Assembly (NCBI GenBank): GCA_963803145.1 | Contig: CAWDLW010000023.1 | Location: forward strand, 64,001 to 128,000 | DNA from: Methanotrichaceae archaeon | GTDB taxonomy: Archaea > Halobacteriota > Methanosarcinia > Methanotrichales > Methanotrichaceae | Direction: 5' to 3' | DNA length: 64,000 nt | Part shown: positions 28,488 through 38,156 of the stretch, in pieces | Position numbering within the stretch: position 1 is the stretch's first letter | Layout: each line of letters opens with the position of its first letter | Made by a program: the position numbers and the translations under genes | Notes under the pieces: generated by a model | Databases searched by the model: none | Seen by the model: the letters and a program-made list of their open reading frames with translations, nothing else | What the model was told of the DNA's origin: nothing

Positions 28488-29189
28488 TCAGGCTTTTATT
28501 CTGACGTTCAAGCCTCTCTCCTGGAGCCTTTTCTTTACTCCAGGATAGTATCTAAGGTTCTCATCCTCAAGGATATAAGGATCATAATCAAGGGATCTAT
28601 AGTCAATGAATTGCGGCATGAAGGCTATTCTATATGGGATATGCCTCTTTCTTAGTTCTTCTATGCCCCTCTGCTGATACACGAATCCAAAGGCATTTGA
28701 GCCCGTGAACTTCTCCCACAGGAGGCCATTGTTAGCCTTTAAGGATACTCTGAACCTGAAATTATTGCCCTCAAAGTAATCCAGGAGCCATGGATAAGCA
28801 CCTATGCAAACAGCGTTGGTCTCAATGACATAATCAAGTTCACTGCTCTGTATTATGGAAGCTAGATGCCTGGCGGAGGCCTCACCAAGTATAGATTCGC
28901 AGCCGCTTATTCGGGCGACGCTGGTTTTACCCCTGGCTAACTTTTCGAGCTTGAGGACTACTTCTGAGGGGCTATAGAAGGAACCTGCACAATCAGGGCA
29001 CTCATTCCTCTCATAGTTCCAGCAAGGAGCACACTTCAAGTTACAACCTCTGGATCCCGCTGTAACAATACCGCCGTAAAACCGCTGGAACCTGAACTTA
29101 TCATTATCGTAAAGGCGCTTGTTGCCTTTCATGACAATGTCCTCGATCTGCCGAGATCTCTCCAGGGGGTCGAATAGCTCCAATCGCAT
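28488..29189 (-). CDS. Radical SAM protein (COG5014-like)
   Basis: RFYGGIVTAGSRGCNLKCAPCWN (CxxxCxxC), RISGCE, IETN, RVSLK. Confidence 0.85.
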   Translation of the reverse strand: MRLELFDPLERSRQIEDIVMKGNKRLYDNDKFRFQRFYGGIVTAGSRGCNLKCAPCWNYERNECPDCAGSFYSPSEVVLKLEKLARGKTSVARISGCESILGEASARHLASIIQSSELDYVIETNAVCIGAYPWLLDYFEGNNFRFRVSLKANNGLLWEKFTGSNAFGFVYQQRGIEELRKRHIPYRIAFMPQFIDYRSLDYDPYILEDENLRYYPGVKKRLQERGLNVRIKA

Positions 29190-29194
29190 TACCT

Positions 29195-29350
29195 TCAAGC
29201 CCCCTGCAGGAACTTATGAGTATGCCAGAGCTCCCGCAGGCTGATCCTATAGGTAGGTCCTACTTTCTTGCGCAGGATCTCATATGATGCTTGGCGCTGG
29301 CTATCAGGTAACGATAGGAAGGCGTCTTCAGGCTTATCATTCAATCGCAT
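29195..29350 (-). CDS. 51-aa ORF upstream of the radical SAM gene
   Basis: MRLNDKPEDAFLSLPDSQRQASYEILRKKVG...; GAGG SD. Confidence 0.5.
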   Translation of the reverse strand: MRLNDKPEDAFLSLPDSQRQASYEILRKKVGPTYRISLRELWHTHKFLQGA

Positions 29351-29467
29351 TTTACATTCCTCTGTGTATATGTCACAATCGCACTATTACACATTGAAAC
29401 TATTTAAGTCTATCTAATATGCTATAATAGCACAAAGTATAAATGTAACAATAACATAATACAACAT

Positions 29468-29626
29468 ATGGCCCGAATATCTTATACTGTGCCAGATGAA
29501 ATCGAAAAGGCATTTAAAGACCATGTATATGCTACCAGAGGGAGTACATATTATTGTGGAGAGGTTTTGGCTGAAGCCATGAGGGAATATTTGGAGAAGA
29601 GAGGTATAAAGATAAAGGAGGATTAA
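29468..29626 (+). CDS. Ribbon-helix-helix (CopG-like) regulator, 52 aa
   Basis: MARISYTVPDEIEKAFK..EVLAEAMREYL; palindrome TGCTAT-A-ATAGCA at 29420-29432 upstream. Confidence 0.7.
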   Translation: MARISYTVPDEIEKAFKDHVYATRGSTYYCGEVLAEAMREYLEKRGIKIKED

Positions 29627-29833
29627 ATACCCTTTTATTCCCTGAAATATCGGAAATATCCAAAACAAATTCTGTAAATCATAATAAAATCCAATTTTCC
29701 CATATCATAATTCGAACAATTCCTCAAAATAAATCTTAATAATTCCTCTAATATTCAGAATAAAATCATTTAATCTCTCTCATTATCATCATAAAATCCA
29801 GGGATTTCCAGGACGCTATAAAAAAGGCAAATC

Positions 29834-30601
29834 ATGCCAGAAGATCCAAGCAAAAAGAAAAAGCGTGGAAGGCCGCCAGAGAAGATCATCATTCTTGACT
29901 ATGGCATGATCTCCGCCCTTGCCTCCCAGGATTGGACTCATAAAGCCATAGCTGAAAAGTGCGGCATGACTGAGAAAGCCTTCAGCAGGCGGCTTAATTG
30001 GGACACACAACTGCAGGAAGCCCTAAGCAAGTCCAATGAGTCGCTTGATTACAATTACATCTACGTTCTTGCCTCGGACAATTGCTCTGATGCTGAAATA
30101 GCTCGCAAGATCAGGATGTCGAAGTCGCAGTTCAGCGATCGCAAGAAAAAAGATTCTCAATTGGTCGATGCTCTCGATGCAGGTCGGAATGACTACGTCA
30201 TTGTCCTGAAGCACGAAAAGAAGCAATCGATACGGCCTCAGTACAAAGCTATCTGCCGAGAGTGTGGCTATGTTATGTACGGCCTTGAGAGATACAAAGA
30301 CAGGGATGATGAAGGCAAGGAAGTCATAAGGGAGCGTGCGCCGATCGATTGCAAGAAGTGCGGCTCCAGTAAACTCGAATACAAGGAGCGGGCACCGTCC
30401 ATAGCAGCCCAGATCTGGGAGTCGAAACAACATTTGAATGAAAAGGATAAAGTTGAGCATTCAGGCGACGATAAGAAGCCCATTGTATTCGAGCGAAAGC
30501 TCAGTGAAGTTGAACTAGATGCGCAAATTGAAAGGTTTATCGCTTCAAGAGAAAGAAAGCTTAAGGAACAGCCTGATCAAGGAGCGCCAAAAGTATTATG
30601 A
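29834..30601 (+). CDS. terS: Terminase small subunit
   Basis: GRP motif, two HTH repeats, zinc ribbon, AAQIWESKQHL..KDKVEHSG; directly before TerL. Confidence 0.75.
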   Translation: MPEDPSKKKKRGRPPEKIIILDYGMISALASQDWTHKAIAEKCGMTEKAFSRRLNWDTQLQEALSKSNESLDYNYIYVLASDNCSDAEIARKIRMSKSQFSDRKKKDSQLVDALDAGRNDYVIVLKHEKKQSIRPQYKAICRECGYVMYGLERYKDRDDEGKEVIRERAPIDCKKCGSSKLEYKERAPSIAAQIWESKQHLNEKDKVEHSGDDKKPIVFERKLSEVELDAQIERFIASRERKLKEQPDQGAPKVL

Positions 30602-31364
30602 TAGATTTCCGAGTTGGTGGGTCGAGGACCTGGGCCTTCTCCGAGATAAGCAAGGAAATCCCAGCCCAACGGATCCCTGGCAGGAAGTATTTCTCGACTC
30701 ACCTAAAAAGCGCAAGATCCTGAACATACACAGGCAGGCCGGGAAATCCGCCATGGCGTCCCTGAAGTGCCTGCATAAAGCAATATTCCGGCCTGGCAGC
30801 CTTTCATTGATCATCGCTCCTGCACTAAGGCAAGCCCAGGAAGACTTCATTTCTATCAAGAAAACAATAGACATCATACCAGATCCTCCTGATTTCGATA
30901 GCTTAACGAAGCTCAGCCTGGAGACCGACAAAGGCTCTAGAATTCTATGCCTCCCAGGCGGCAACGAAGGCGCCACCATCCGAGGCTTTTCAAGGCCGGA
31001 TATCATCGTGGAGGATGAGAGCTCGAGGTGTTCGGATACCCTCTACGAGGCTATAGTGCCCATGATGACCGCCTATCCAGATTGCGAACTCATCTTAGCC
31101 TCAACTCCGTGGGGCCAGAGAGGCCATTATTACAATATCTGGACTACTACAGGACCTCAGTGGCTCAAGATCGAACTGAACGCTGAGCAGAATCCGAGGA
31201 TCAGCAGGGAGTTCCTCGAAGAGCAAAAGCAGAGCGGCATAAGTCCATGGTACTACTTACAAGAGTTCATGTGTCAATTTGTGCAGGCTGAGAACCAGCT
31301 CATAAGCTGTGACATGATTGAACGATCGCTAGATCAGAGCATACCGATAGTGGATTTGGATTGA
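30519..31364 (+). CDS. terL: Terminase large subunit, ATPase domain only
   Basis: DPWQ, RQAGKS (Walker A), IIVEDE (Walker B), ASTPWG, NP.I, QEFMCQF. Confidence 0.9.
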   Translation: MRKLKGLSLQEKESLRNSLIKERQKYYDRFPSWWVEDLGLLRDKQGNPSPTDPWQEVFLDSPKKRKILNIHRQAGKSAMASLKCLHKAIFRPGSLSLIIAPALRQAQEDFISIKKTIDIIPDPPDFDSLTKLSLETDKGSRILCLPGGNEGATIRGFSRPDIIVEDESSRCSDTLYEAIVPMMTAYPDCELILASTPWGQRGHYYNIWTTTGPQWLKIELNAEQNPRISREFLEEQKQSGISPWYYLQEFMCQFVQAENQLISCDMIERSLDQSIPIVDLD

Positions 31365-31383
31365 GATGTAAAAGTGATCTTCT

Positions 31384-32115
31384 TTGCGATTCTTACTAGG
31401 CCTCGATGAAGCCAAAATTAGAGATTGGTCGGCCTTAAGCGCGGTAGGCCTCGAAACCCCCAGCCAAAACCAGTATTCTCTGGTAGGGGCATCGAAAAAG
31501 CAAAGGCTGCCATACGATCAGATAGTTGACTGGGTCATTGCTCAGATGAATAAACCCTTTTTCAACACGAAGGTCACCCATAAGCCCAAGCTCATCATGG
31601 ACGCTACTGGCGTGGGTGCGCCGATTCGAGACATGTTCATCAAGGCAGGCGTTAGCCCGGTGGGCGTATCAATCACCACTGGCAGCAACTGTTCAATTCA
31701 AGATGGTATTTATCATCTCGGAAAGGCCCGGCTGATAGGGACCTTCATAGCTGTGTATGATCAGGGCCGGATCAAGGTCAATCCCAATATCCCTGTATGG
31801 CCCCTAATGGAGCGAGAACTGCTCTCATTCAGGGCTCAGCAGAATCAATCAGGCCACATCAAGTTTGAAGCAGCAGCAGGTGAGAACGACGATCTGCTGA
31901 CAAGTCTTGCGCTTGCAATCTGGTATGGCGAAGAGATCCTCGGCCAGAAAAAGACACAGATAACTTTTCCAATTCCTAAACAGGCTATAACAGGCGGAGG
32001 TCTTTCAAGCTCGTTTTTAGAGAGCACGACATTTGCCAGCCCAAAGCAGGACATGGTAACGAGACGCCTTCAGAACGAAGCTATAGACAACGATATTAGG
32101 CGGTCAACCTCATGA
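31384..32115 (+). CDS. terL: Terminase large subunit, nuclease domain as a separate gene
   Basis: LGLDEAKIRDWSA, DATGVG, ENDDLLTSLALA (RNase H-like). Confidence 0.85.
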   Translation: MRFLLGLDEAKIRDWSALSAVGLETPSQNQYSLVGASKKQRLPYDQIVDWVIAQMNKPFFNTKVTHKPKLIMDATGVGAPIRDMFIKAGVSPVGVSITTGSNCSIQDGIYHLGKARLIGTFIAVYDQGRIKVNPNIPVWPLMERELLSFRAQQNQSGHIKFEAAAGENDDLLTSLALAIWYGEEILGQKKTQITFPIPKQAITGGGLSSSFLESTTFASPKQDMVTRRLQNEAIDNDIRRSTS

Positions 32116-33560
32116 AGATTATAGATGATTTACGTTCAGCGGCGAAACAATTCCATGCTGCATTATCAGGCGGTATCTATGGCCAGCCAGCCAAAAAAGG
32201 GCTATCAGGATTCACCATCTGGCGAAACCCCTATTATCATCTTTATGGGCAGCACGTACCTCCTGCATACATCCAGCGCCTCATATCCCCCTACGTAATA
32301 TCAGAATACCGTGGTATCCCCTGCGTCTTATCGTCACTGATATCGCTTTCTAGATTATGCTTCCATGGCTGCAACCCTAAATTTACTTCAATAGATGGCC
32401 CGGAAGACGATACTAAAGGTCCTCAAATCAAGGCCGCCACAAAACAGTTCAAGCAGATGAACAAGAGCATAGGCAGGGTAGGCAAATCCAAGAAATTAGG
32501 TATCCTCCCTCTTATCCGTTATGCCGGTCTCGAAGGCTGGTCCTATAGGCAAGCGGTCTTCCAGTTCGAGATGGAGCAAAAAGGTTCCTGGATTAACCCT
32601 AAAGAAATACAGGCTCTGCCTACGATATCATTTGCAAGGCCTGCAGCTTCCATAACATCGGAAGTCAACCGCTACACTCCTGACAAAATTGTTCCGGGTA
32701 TAGTATTCGATCGTGACCAGGATCAGACAAGGTTCTTCCAGTCACAGCGCATAGGCGACGTTCCCCAAGAATTAGATCCAGAATCGATAATATACATCGA
32801 AGACATTGCGATGCCGGATAGCCAATCGATGATGAAGGCCATTGTACCTATCGTCGAGAAAATCAGAGAGGCAGACACAAGCGGCATGCTTGCGCTTCAC
32901 CGGGTGGGTGTGCCTAACCAGGTGGCTGAGCTGGACGTTGCTGCAGTAGAGAAGATGTCTCAGCTTGATCCAACTTTCCAGGTCCAGGCAGTTCTCAACT
33001 ATATGCAAGAAATGACTGAAAACCAGGGTAGTGATACAGCCAAATTAGCCGTAGGCGGTATGAAGCTGAGCTATCCTAATATTCCGATGCCTATCAACCC
33101 CTGGGATGTTGAGCAAGTGCTTGAGAAGAAGATTATAGACTTCTGGTTCCACAGGAACATCCTGGAGCAAACAGGCAGTTCGATATCGACCACAATGAAC
33201 CCTCAGAAAGCTCTGCTGGACTTGCACATAGCTTCCGAGCGCATAATTTATGGCCAACCGTTCGAGGCCTGGCTACAGAAAGAATGGGTCGATGTCAACG
33301 GCTTTGACCTTGATTTCGCATTCGACTGGTGGTCGTGGGAATCCACCGACCCCGCAGCAGAATGGGCCGCAGAACGACAGGACTTCGTGGCTGGAGCTCT
33401 CGGAATCGATGAGTATAGACAGAGGCGTGGGTATGGGAAGCTGACTCCAGAGCAGAAGAAGCAGATGATTGAGGATCATACCGAACTCTCGAAAGGCCAG
33501 GGCTTGAACGCTGCTGCAGGTCAAGCGGCAAATGTCCAGCAGCAGAAGGCAGAGGTGTAG
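32112..33560 (+). CDS. Portal protein
   Basis: 482 aa after TerL; GALGIDEYRQRRGY C-terminal portal-type motif. Confidence 0.75.
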   Translation: MKIIDDLRSAAKQFHAALSGGIYGQPAKKGLSGFTIWRNPYYHLYGQHVPPAYIQRLISPYVISEYRGIPCVLSSLISLSRLCFHGCNPKFTSIDGPEDDTKGPQIKAATKQFKQMNKSIGRVGKSKKLGILPLIRYAGLEGWSYRQAVFQFEMEQKGSWINPKEIQALPTISFARPAASITSEVNRYTPDKIVPGIVFDRDQDQTRFFQSQRIGDVPQELDPESIIYIEDIAMPDSQSMMKAIVPIVEKIREADTSGMLALHRVGVPNQVAELDVAAVEKMSQLDPTFQVQAVLNYMQEMTENQGSDTAKLAVGGMKLSYPNIPMPINPWDVEQVLEKKIIDFWFHRNILEQTGSSISTTMNPQKALLDLHIASERIIYGQPFEAWLQKEWVDVNGFDLDFAFDWWSWESTDPAAEWAAERQDFVAGALGIDEYRQRRGYGKLTPEQKKQMIEDHTELSKGQGLNAAAGQAANVQQQKAEV

Positions 33561-33628
33561 CTGAGGATTCAAGTGTATGCAGCTCAAAAAACATAACAGT
33601 AATCGAAGAAAATGCTGGAGGTGATAAC

Positions 33629-35440
33629 ATCCCCTTACCCAATTTCCATTCTGCTAGAGTGGATGATTCCGATAAGTTCGAAAAAGATTCGTTCAGAAAC
33701 AAGACCCTGCCGAACTCTGATGGAGTTCAGCTAATCATGGGTAAGCTTAAAGGCAAAGACTCGATGACGGCCCAAGCTTATCGATTTCCAAAGGATAAAT
33801 ATACTCCTGAAGAGGCAAAGGCTTGGTTAAAAGACAACGATGTCAAAGATTACTCTTTCGAGGAAGCCAAGGAAGATAAGTCGAAGAACGCTGCATACGA
33901 TCCAACTCAGAACGATCCGCCAGACGACACTATAGAGAATATTATAATCGCATGGGTTCCATGGGAATCTGAAGAAATCAGATCCCCCGCAGATGATGGG
34001 GTCTGGAAGATCGAATCCCAGGATTGGAAGAATCCTGGCCAAATGAGGACCACCAGGTACGAGTTCGATCCTGAAAAGTTCACCGAGGAAGAGGCTAAGG
34101 ATTGGCTGCACAAGCACGATGTCGATGGAGTAACACCGATCACAATCCCGATGGCAAAGTCTCTGCATTGTAGCGGTGAAGGCAGCGGGGAAGGCGATCT
34201 GAGCTATCATTATCTGATGGGCAAGCACCTAGCCCTCGAAGCTCATCCAAGTATTCTGGATCATGTCAAGAAGCAGATCCATCTGACCGCACGAGCATAT
34301 GCTGGCGGCAAGTCCAAAGGCAAGATCAAGAGCAGCGACGAAGGCGATGAGGGCAAGGTCACCCAGGCCAAATACGCCCAGACGTTCGAGCAAGCAAAAC
34401 AATTCCAAGCTGCCAATCTGCTGCCGAACGTCGTGGAGACGTCTGATTACTTCGACGTTGACACTGTTTTTGCCAAGGAAGGCGTATTCGTTGGAACTGA
34501 TGGCAAACCAGTCAAGAGAACCTATGAAAACCTGAAGGCCAACGTCAATAGATTCTTCGGAGTTCCACAGACTGAAACTCATCTTCTCACAGATTCCCCT
34601 AGGCCAAGCGACAGGATCTTTGGACATTCGATATCATCTAAGGCGAGAGATGATCATCGGGATATTTTCGGCATCACTCGATACTATAAGAAGGATCTAA
34701 ACGCAAAAGAAATCGAGCGTATTCAGAAGAGGGAATTCCCTGATACAAGCCCTGGTTTCTTTGTTTCTCGCAAAGTCGAGGAAGGCGAATTCCAAGGCAA
34801 GAAATATCAGGCTGTTGAAGAAGGCCCGATGATAGTCACCGAGATTGCAAACTTTTTCGAGGACAAGGGCTTCGGCCTGAAGGGGGCCTGCCCCAGAACC
34901 GCAGGCTGCGGACCATATCAACACGCAGCTAATAGTCATAATCCGGCTCAAGCCGGAACTGGAGGAAACAATATGACACCAAATCCGGCAGAGCCGGATA
35001 TCAAGGAGCTTTCAGAGAGACTAATAACTCTCGAAAAGAAGCTCAATGCAGGCGGAATATCTGCTGAAGAGTTTAAGGCATTGAGGACAGATATTGACGG
35101 CATCAAGGATTCTCTGAAGACTTTCAACTCGACCGTCCAGGCCGTTAATACCATCCAGGCCAACGAGAGTGCAGCTCTCGAAGCTGCTCATAAGGCAGAG
35201 TTCGGCAAGATGCTGAATGCTGCAAACGGTCCAGACGTGCCTGAAATATTCGAAAAGAACTGGGCTGAGGCCAAACTCGATGTTCTGGGCTGGAGATCCA
35301 GGAACCCTGATAAGCTCATGAGCGCGGCTCCCGGGAAGGGCTCGCTCAACGGCAAAGCCATGAACGCTGCTATGGCTGCAGAAGATTCTGCCAAAGCGAA
35401 TGCTCATGCAGCCCTCTCTGCGGTAGGTGATAAGAGATGA
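33629..35440 (+). CDS. Prohead protease/scaffold fusion (DUF2213-like core)
   Basis: Between portal and capsid; VFAKEGV..GVPQTETH; coiled-coil C-terminus; duplicated N-terminal KYT.EEAK.WL domain; start inferred at ATC 33629. Confidence 0.6.
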   Translation: MPLPNFHSARVDDSDKFEKDSFRNKTLPNSDGVQLIMGKLKGKDSMTAQAYRFPKDKYTPEEAKAWLKDNDVKDYSFEEAKEDKSKNAAYDPTQNDPPDDTIENIIIAWVPWESEEIRSPADDGVWKIESQDWKNPGQMRTTRYEFDPEKFTEEEAKDWLHKHDVDGVTPITIPMAKSLHCSGEGSGEGDLSYHYLMGKHLALEAHPSILDHVKKQIHLTARAYAGGKSKGKIKSSDEGDEGKVTQAKYAQTFEQAKQFQAANLLPNVVETSDYFDVDTVFAKEGVFVGTDGKPVKRTYENLKANVNRFFGVPQTETHLLTDSPRPSDRIFGHSISSKARDDHRDIFGITRYYKKDLNAKEIERIQKREFPDTSPGFFVSRKVEEGEFQGKKYQAVEEGPMIVTEIANFFEDKGFGLKGACPRTAGCGPYQHAANSHNPAQAGTGGNNMTPNPAEPDIKELSERLITLEKKLNAGGISAEEFKALRTDIDGIKDSLKTFNSTVQAVNTIQANESAALEAAHKAEFGKMLNAANGPDVPEIFEKNWAEAKLDVLGWRSRNPDKLMSAAPGKGSLNGKAMNAAMAAEDSAKANAHAALSAVGDKR

Positions 35441-36153
35441 TGAAGGCTGTAAAATGGGATCAGGGGCAGCCTGAAGGCTGGAACCCTGCATCAAGGATCC
35501 TGTTCGGCTCCGTGGTTGTTATAAGCTCCGTGGGTGCGAAGACCTGTAAGATGGTAGGGAAAAGCACAGAGACCAACATACTAGGCGTGGCAGACTTCTC
35601 TCAGGTCCAGAAGAGAGTGGACAGTTTCTACTCACCCGAAGACGGCACAGGCCTGATTGAGAAGGTGCCAATACTTCCAGGTGGATCTTACTGTCGCTTT
35701 TGGGCAACACCTAACGGGGCTAACGTCAATGTCGATCCAGGAGACTACTTCCAGGTAGCGGATCTGGGTTCAAGCCCAACAGGAACTCATGGAATGCTCG
35801 AGCTCGTTCCAGTATCCGGACAGATTCCAGCCGGCAAGACAAAGACTGCAACATCGATAGCCCAGGCTCTTGAGTCCATCCTGATGGGATCGAACACTTA
35901 TAAGGTCCCTGCTGCAGATGTCAATATCGGAGATGCAACGGTCACAATGACATCCGGAGACGTTTCTAAGATGGGTCTGAGGGGCGGCGATCCAATCATC
36001 ATGGAGAACCTGAACGGAGATGTGAGGATCAATCGTGTGAGGAAAATCGCTAGCAACGTAATTACACTCCAGTTCCCCTCCGAGGTTGATCTAGTGGCTA
36101 CTGATAGTGACCTGATCACAGCTCCAAAGCAAGTTTTGGGGAGGCTGCTCTAA
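35437..36153 (+). CDS. Probable head decoration protein
   Basis: Beta-rich; G.VV..LGVA pattern; between scaffold and capsid. Confidence 0.55.
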   Translation: MMKAVKWDQGQPEGWNPASRILFGSVVVISSVGAKTCKMVGKSTETNILGVADFSQVQKRVDSFYSPEDGTGLIEKVPILPGGSYCRFWATPNGANVNVDPGDYFQVADLGSSPTGTHGMLELVPVSGQIPAGKTKTATSIAQALESILMGSNTYKVPAADVNIGDATVTMTSGDVSKMGLRGGDPIIMENLNGDVRINRVRKIASNVITLQFPSEVDLVATDSDLITAPKQVLGRLL

Positions 36154-36225
36154 ATTTGTTTTTCTTGAAACAGTAAATGGTATGTTTTGTGGATTTCGTA
36201 TAACCATTTGCTGCTATCCGTTTTC

Positions 36226-36261
36226 GCGCTCGTGTGAGCGCTCGTGTGAGCGCTCGTGTGA
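36226..36261 (+). repeat. 12-bp tandem repeat x3
   Basis: GCGCTCGTGTGA x3, each forming GCTC-GTGT-GAGC. Confidence 0.9.
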
Positions 36262-36284
36262 GTAATTTTAGGAGAGTGATAATT

Positions 36285-37250
36285 TTGGTATCTAACGATG
36301 GAATGAATAACTCCTCATTTATACCCATCGAATGGGCGATGGGACTGAGGACCATCGGTTACAACAGGATAACCGATTATGTGAAGAAGTACCAAGATAA
36401 CATGACTATGAGGAACGTCATAGCCAAAAAGACTGTGATAGATCCGGCTGCGGATATCGATCTGGTCCTTAGGTACGATGTAGACAATACAGAAGAGGCC
36501 AAGATCATGGCCAAGGGCTCTGTGGCCACGTCGCTCGAAGAGAACGGCAACATGGACAAGTATACTGTGATCCAGATCGGCAAGGGCTTCAAGATCTACG
36601 AGAGAGACCTGAAGAAAGATCCCGAGACCCAGACCAGGAAGATCGATATCTGCACAAGGCTGGTCCACAGGCTTGAGGATAAGCTAGCAATCCTCGGAAA
36701 CGTTGATGAAGGCATATACGGCCTTGCTAATGCAGCAGCCGATAACCCCAACGGTGAAATCCTGCCATTTGGGTCAGAAGAGGTCGAGAACGACAGCGGC
36801 GGCATCTCGATACCTAATAACGGTCAATGGAACGGCAAAGGACCCAACGGTAGGAGAGACATCTACGAAGATATCCTCGAAGCCACGACCAGAGTGGACC
36901 CTGACTTCGGATTCATGCCAGCATTCTTCATGGGCAATATCAGAACTTGTGCCATGCTGTTCAATAACGATTCCGAGAGGCATCCATTCGCTGACCAGAT
37001 CTGCGGCCTGTTCGGTAAGAATAGGGGCGACTATTCCTGGATATGGAGGTCTAACCTGATTCCTAATGGCATAGGCTATGTCATACCCAAGGATATGCTG
37101 GCTGCAGAGTTTGCCATCCAGTCTGAACTCCAGTTGAACACAGATTATCCGATCCAGCAGGGTAGGTTCTGGCCTGTAGACCTTACTGAGTGGATCGTGC
37201 CTGTTGAGGTCCACAGGAAGCAGGCTATAGTTCGAGTAGCTACGACTTAG
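36285..37250 (+). CDS. Major capsid protein (HK97 fold)
   Basis: About 320 aa; IGKGFKIYERDL..VHRLEDKLAILGN..GIYGL; start uncertain (36276/36285/36303). Confidence 0.8.
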   Translation: MVSNDGMNNSSFIPIEWAMGLRTIGYNRITDYVKKYQDNMTMRNVIAKKTVIDPAADIDLVLRYDVDNTEEAKIMAKGSVATSLEENGNMDKYTVIQIGKGFKIYERDLKKDPETQTRKIDICTRLVHRLEDKLAILGNVDEGIYGLANAAADNPNGEILPFGSEEVENDSGGISIPNNGQWNGKGPNGRRDIYEDILEATTRVDPDFGFMPAFFMGNIRTCAMLFNNDSERHPFADQICGLFGKNRGDYSWIWRSNLIPNGIGYVIPKDMLAAEFAIQSELQLNTDYPIQQGRFWPVDLTEWIVPVEVHRKQAIVRVATT

Positions 37251-37264
37251 GGGGCCTACTATCC

Positions 37265-37564
37265 ATGGTCGATTCGAAATATGGAAAGCTAGTGATAGTC
37301 GGCACGGACAATATCGTTGACCAGGCCATTACCCTAGCTAAGCTTTATGGCGGCGGCGGGAAGTTCACGATTCCCGCCAATGCTGGAACAGTTACAATAG
37401 AGCATGGATGCCCTGAAGAGCCCGGCGTCGTCCTCCTAACAGACATCGACCTTCCGGCCATGGCCGTTGTTGATTCTGTAGATGAAACAAACTTAGTAAT
37501 CAAGTATAAAGGTGGAGTTAAACCGGATGTAGTAGGGCATGGCTATTGGATAGTGATTGCATGA
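37265..37564 (+). CDS. Small virion-associated protein
   Basis: VTIEHGCPEEP..V motif; follows the capsid gene. Confidence 0.55.
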   Translation: MVDSKYGKLVIVGTDNIVDQAITLAKLYGGGGKFTIPANAGTVTIEHGCPEEPGVVLLTDIDLPAMAVVDSVDETNLVIKYKGGVKPDVVGHGYWIVIA

Positions 37565-38118
37565 AAAGAGTATTAATGGCAATAATGATTTTCATAGCGA
37601 TAGCGGCAATTTTTCTATTCTCCGCAGAAGGATCTCATTTCTTGACTATGCCTAATGATACCTATGTCAATGGCACTTTTGCCGCCCTGAACCCACAAAC
37701 GAGTAACATTATTGATACCAACTATGGCCTAACCAACTCGTCCAATAAGATCAGAGTAAACATAGGGAGCGCTACCGGCCTTCAGTTCTCAGCGGGTTCT
37801 TTGGGAATAAAAGCTGCAGATCCCACAATAGGGCTAAGCTCATCAGGTGCAAAACTTGGAGCCTCAAAGGTACATGTCTCAACAATATCAGGCGGCGCGG
37901 CTGGAAATCATACTTTAACTGGGTCAGCCCTGGGAGATGAGGTATGCGGCGTGACATATTGGGCAAAGCCTACTTACAATCTATCATCAATGTCAGACCT
38001 TACTACGGAATTCCAGGGAACCGGTAAAGGGATAATTGCTTCTAATGTGATAGCCAACGGAGGAGGTACAAATACGGCAGGCGGATTCCTACAGATATTT
38101 TGGATAGACAGGACATAA
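37561..38118 (+). CDS. Gly/Thr-rich protein with an N-terminal signal/anchor helix
   Basis: MKRVLMAIMIFIAIAAIFLFSAEG. Confidence 0.65.
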   Translation: MKRVLMAIMIFIAIAAIFLFSAEGSHFLTMPNDTYVNGTFAALNPQTSNIIDTNYGLTNSSNKIRVNIGSATGLQFSAGSLGIKAADPTIGLSSSGAKLGASKVHVSTISGGAAGNHTLTGSALGDEVCGVTYWAKPTYNLSSMSDLTTEFQGTGKGIIASNVIANGGGTNTAGGFLQIFWIDRT

Positions 38119-38156
38119 GCGGATTAATCCCGCCTATACCTTTTTTAGGAGGCTTT

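Noticed and set aside
29630-29830. pac/cos site upstream of terS
   Set aside because: AT-rich with short AATTCCTC repeats, but nothing separates it from a late promoter region
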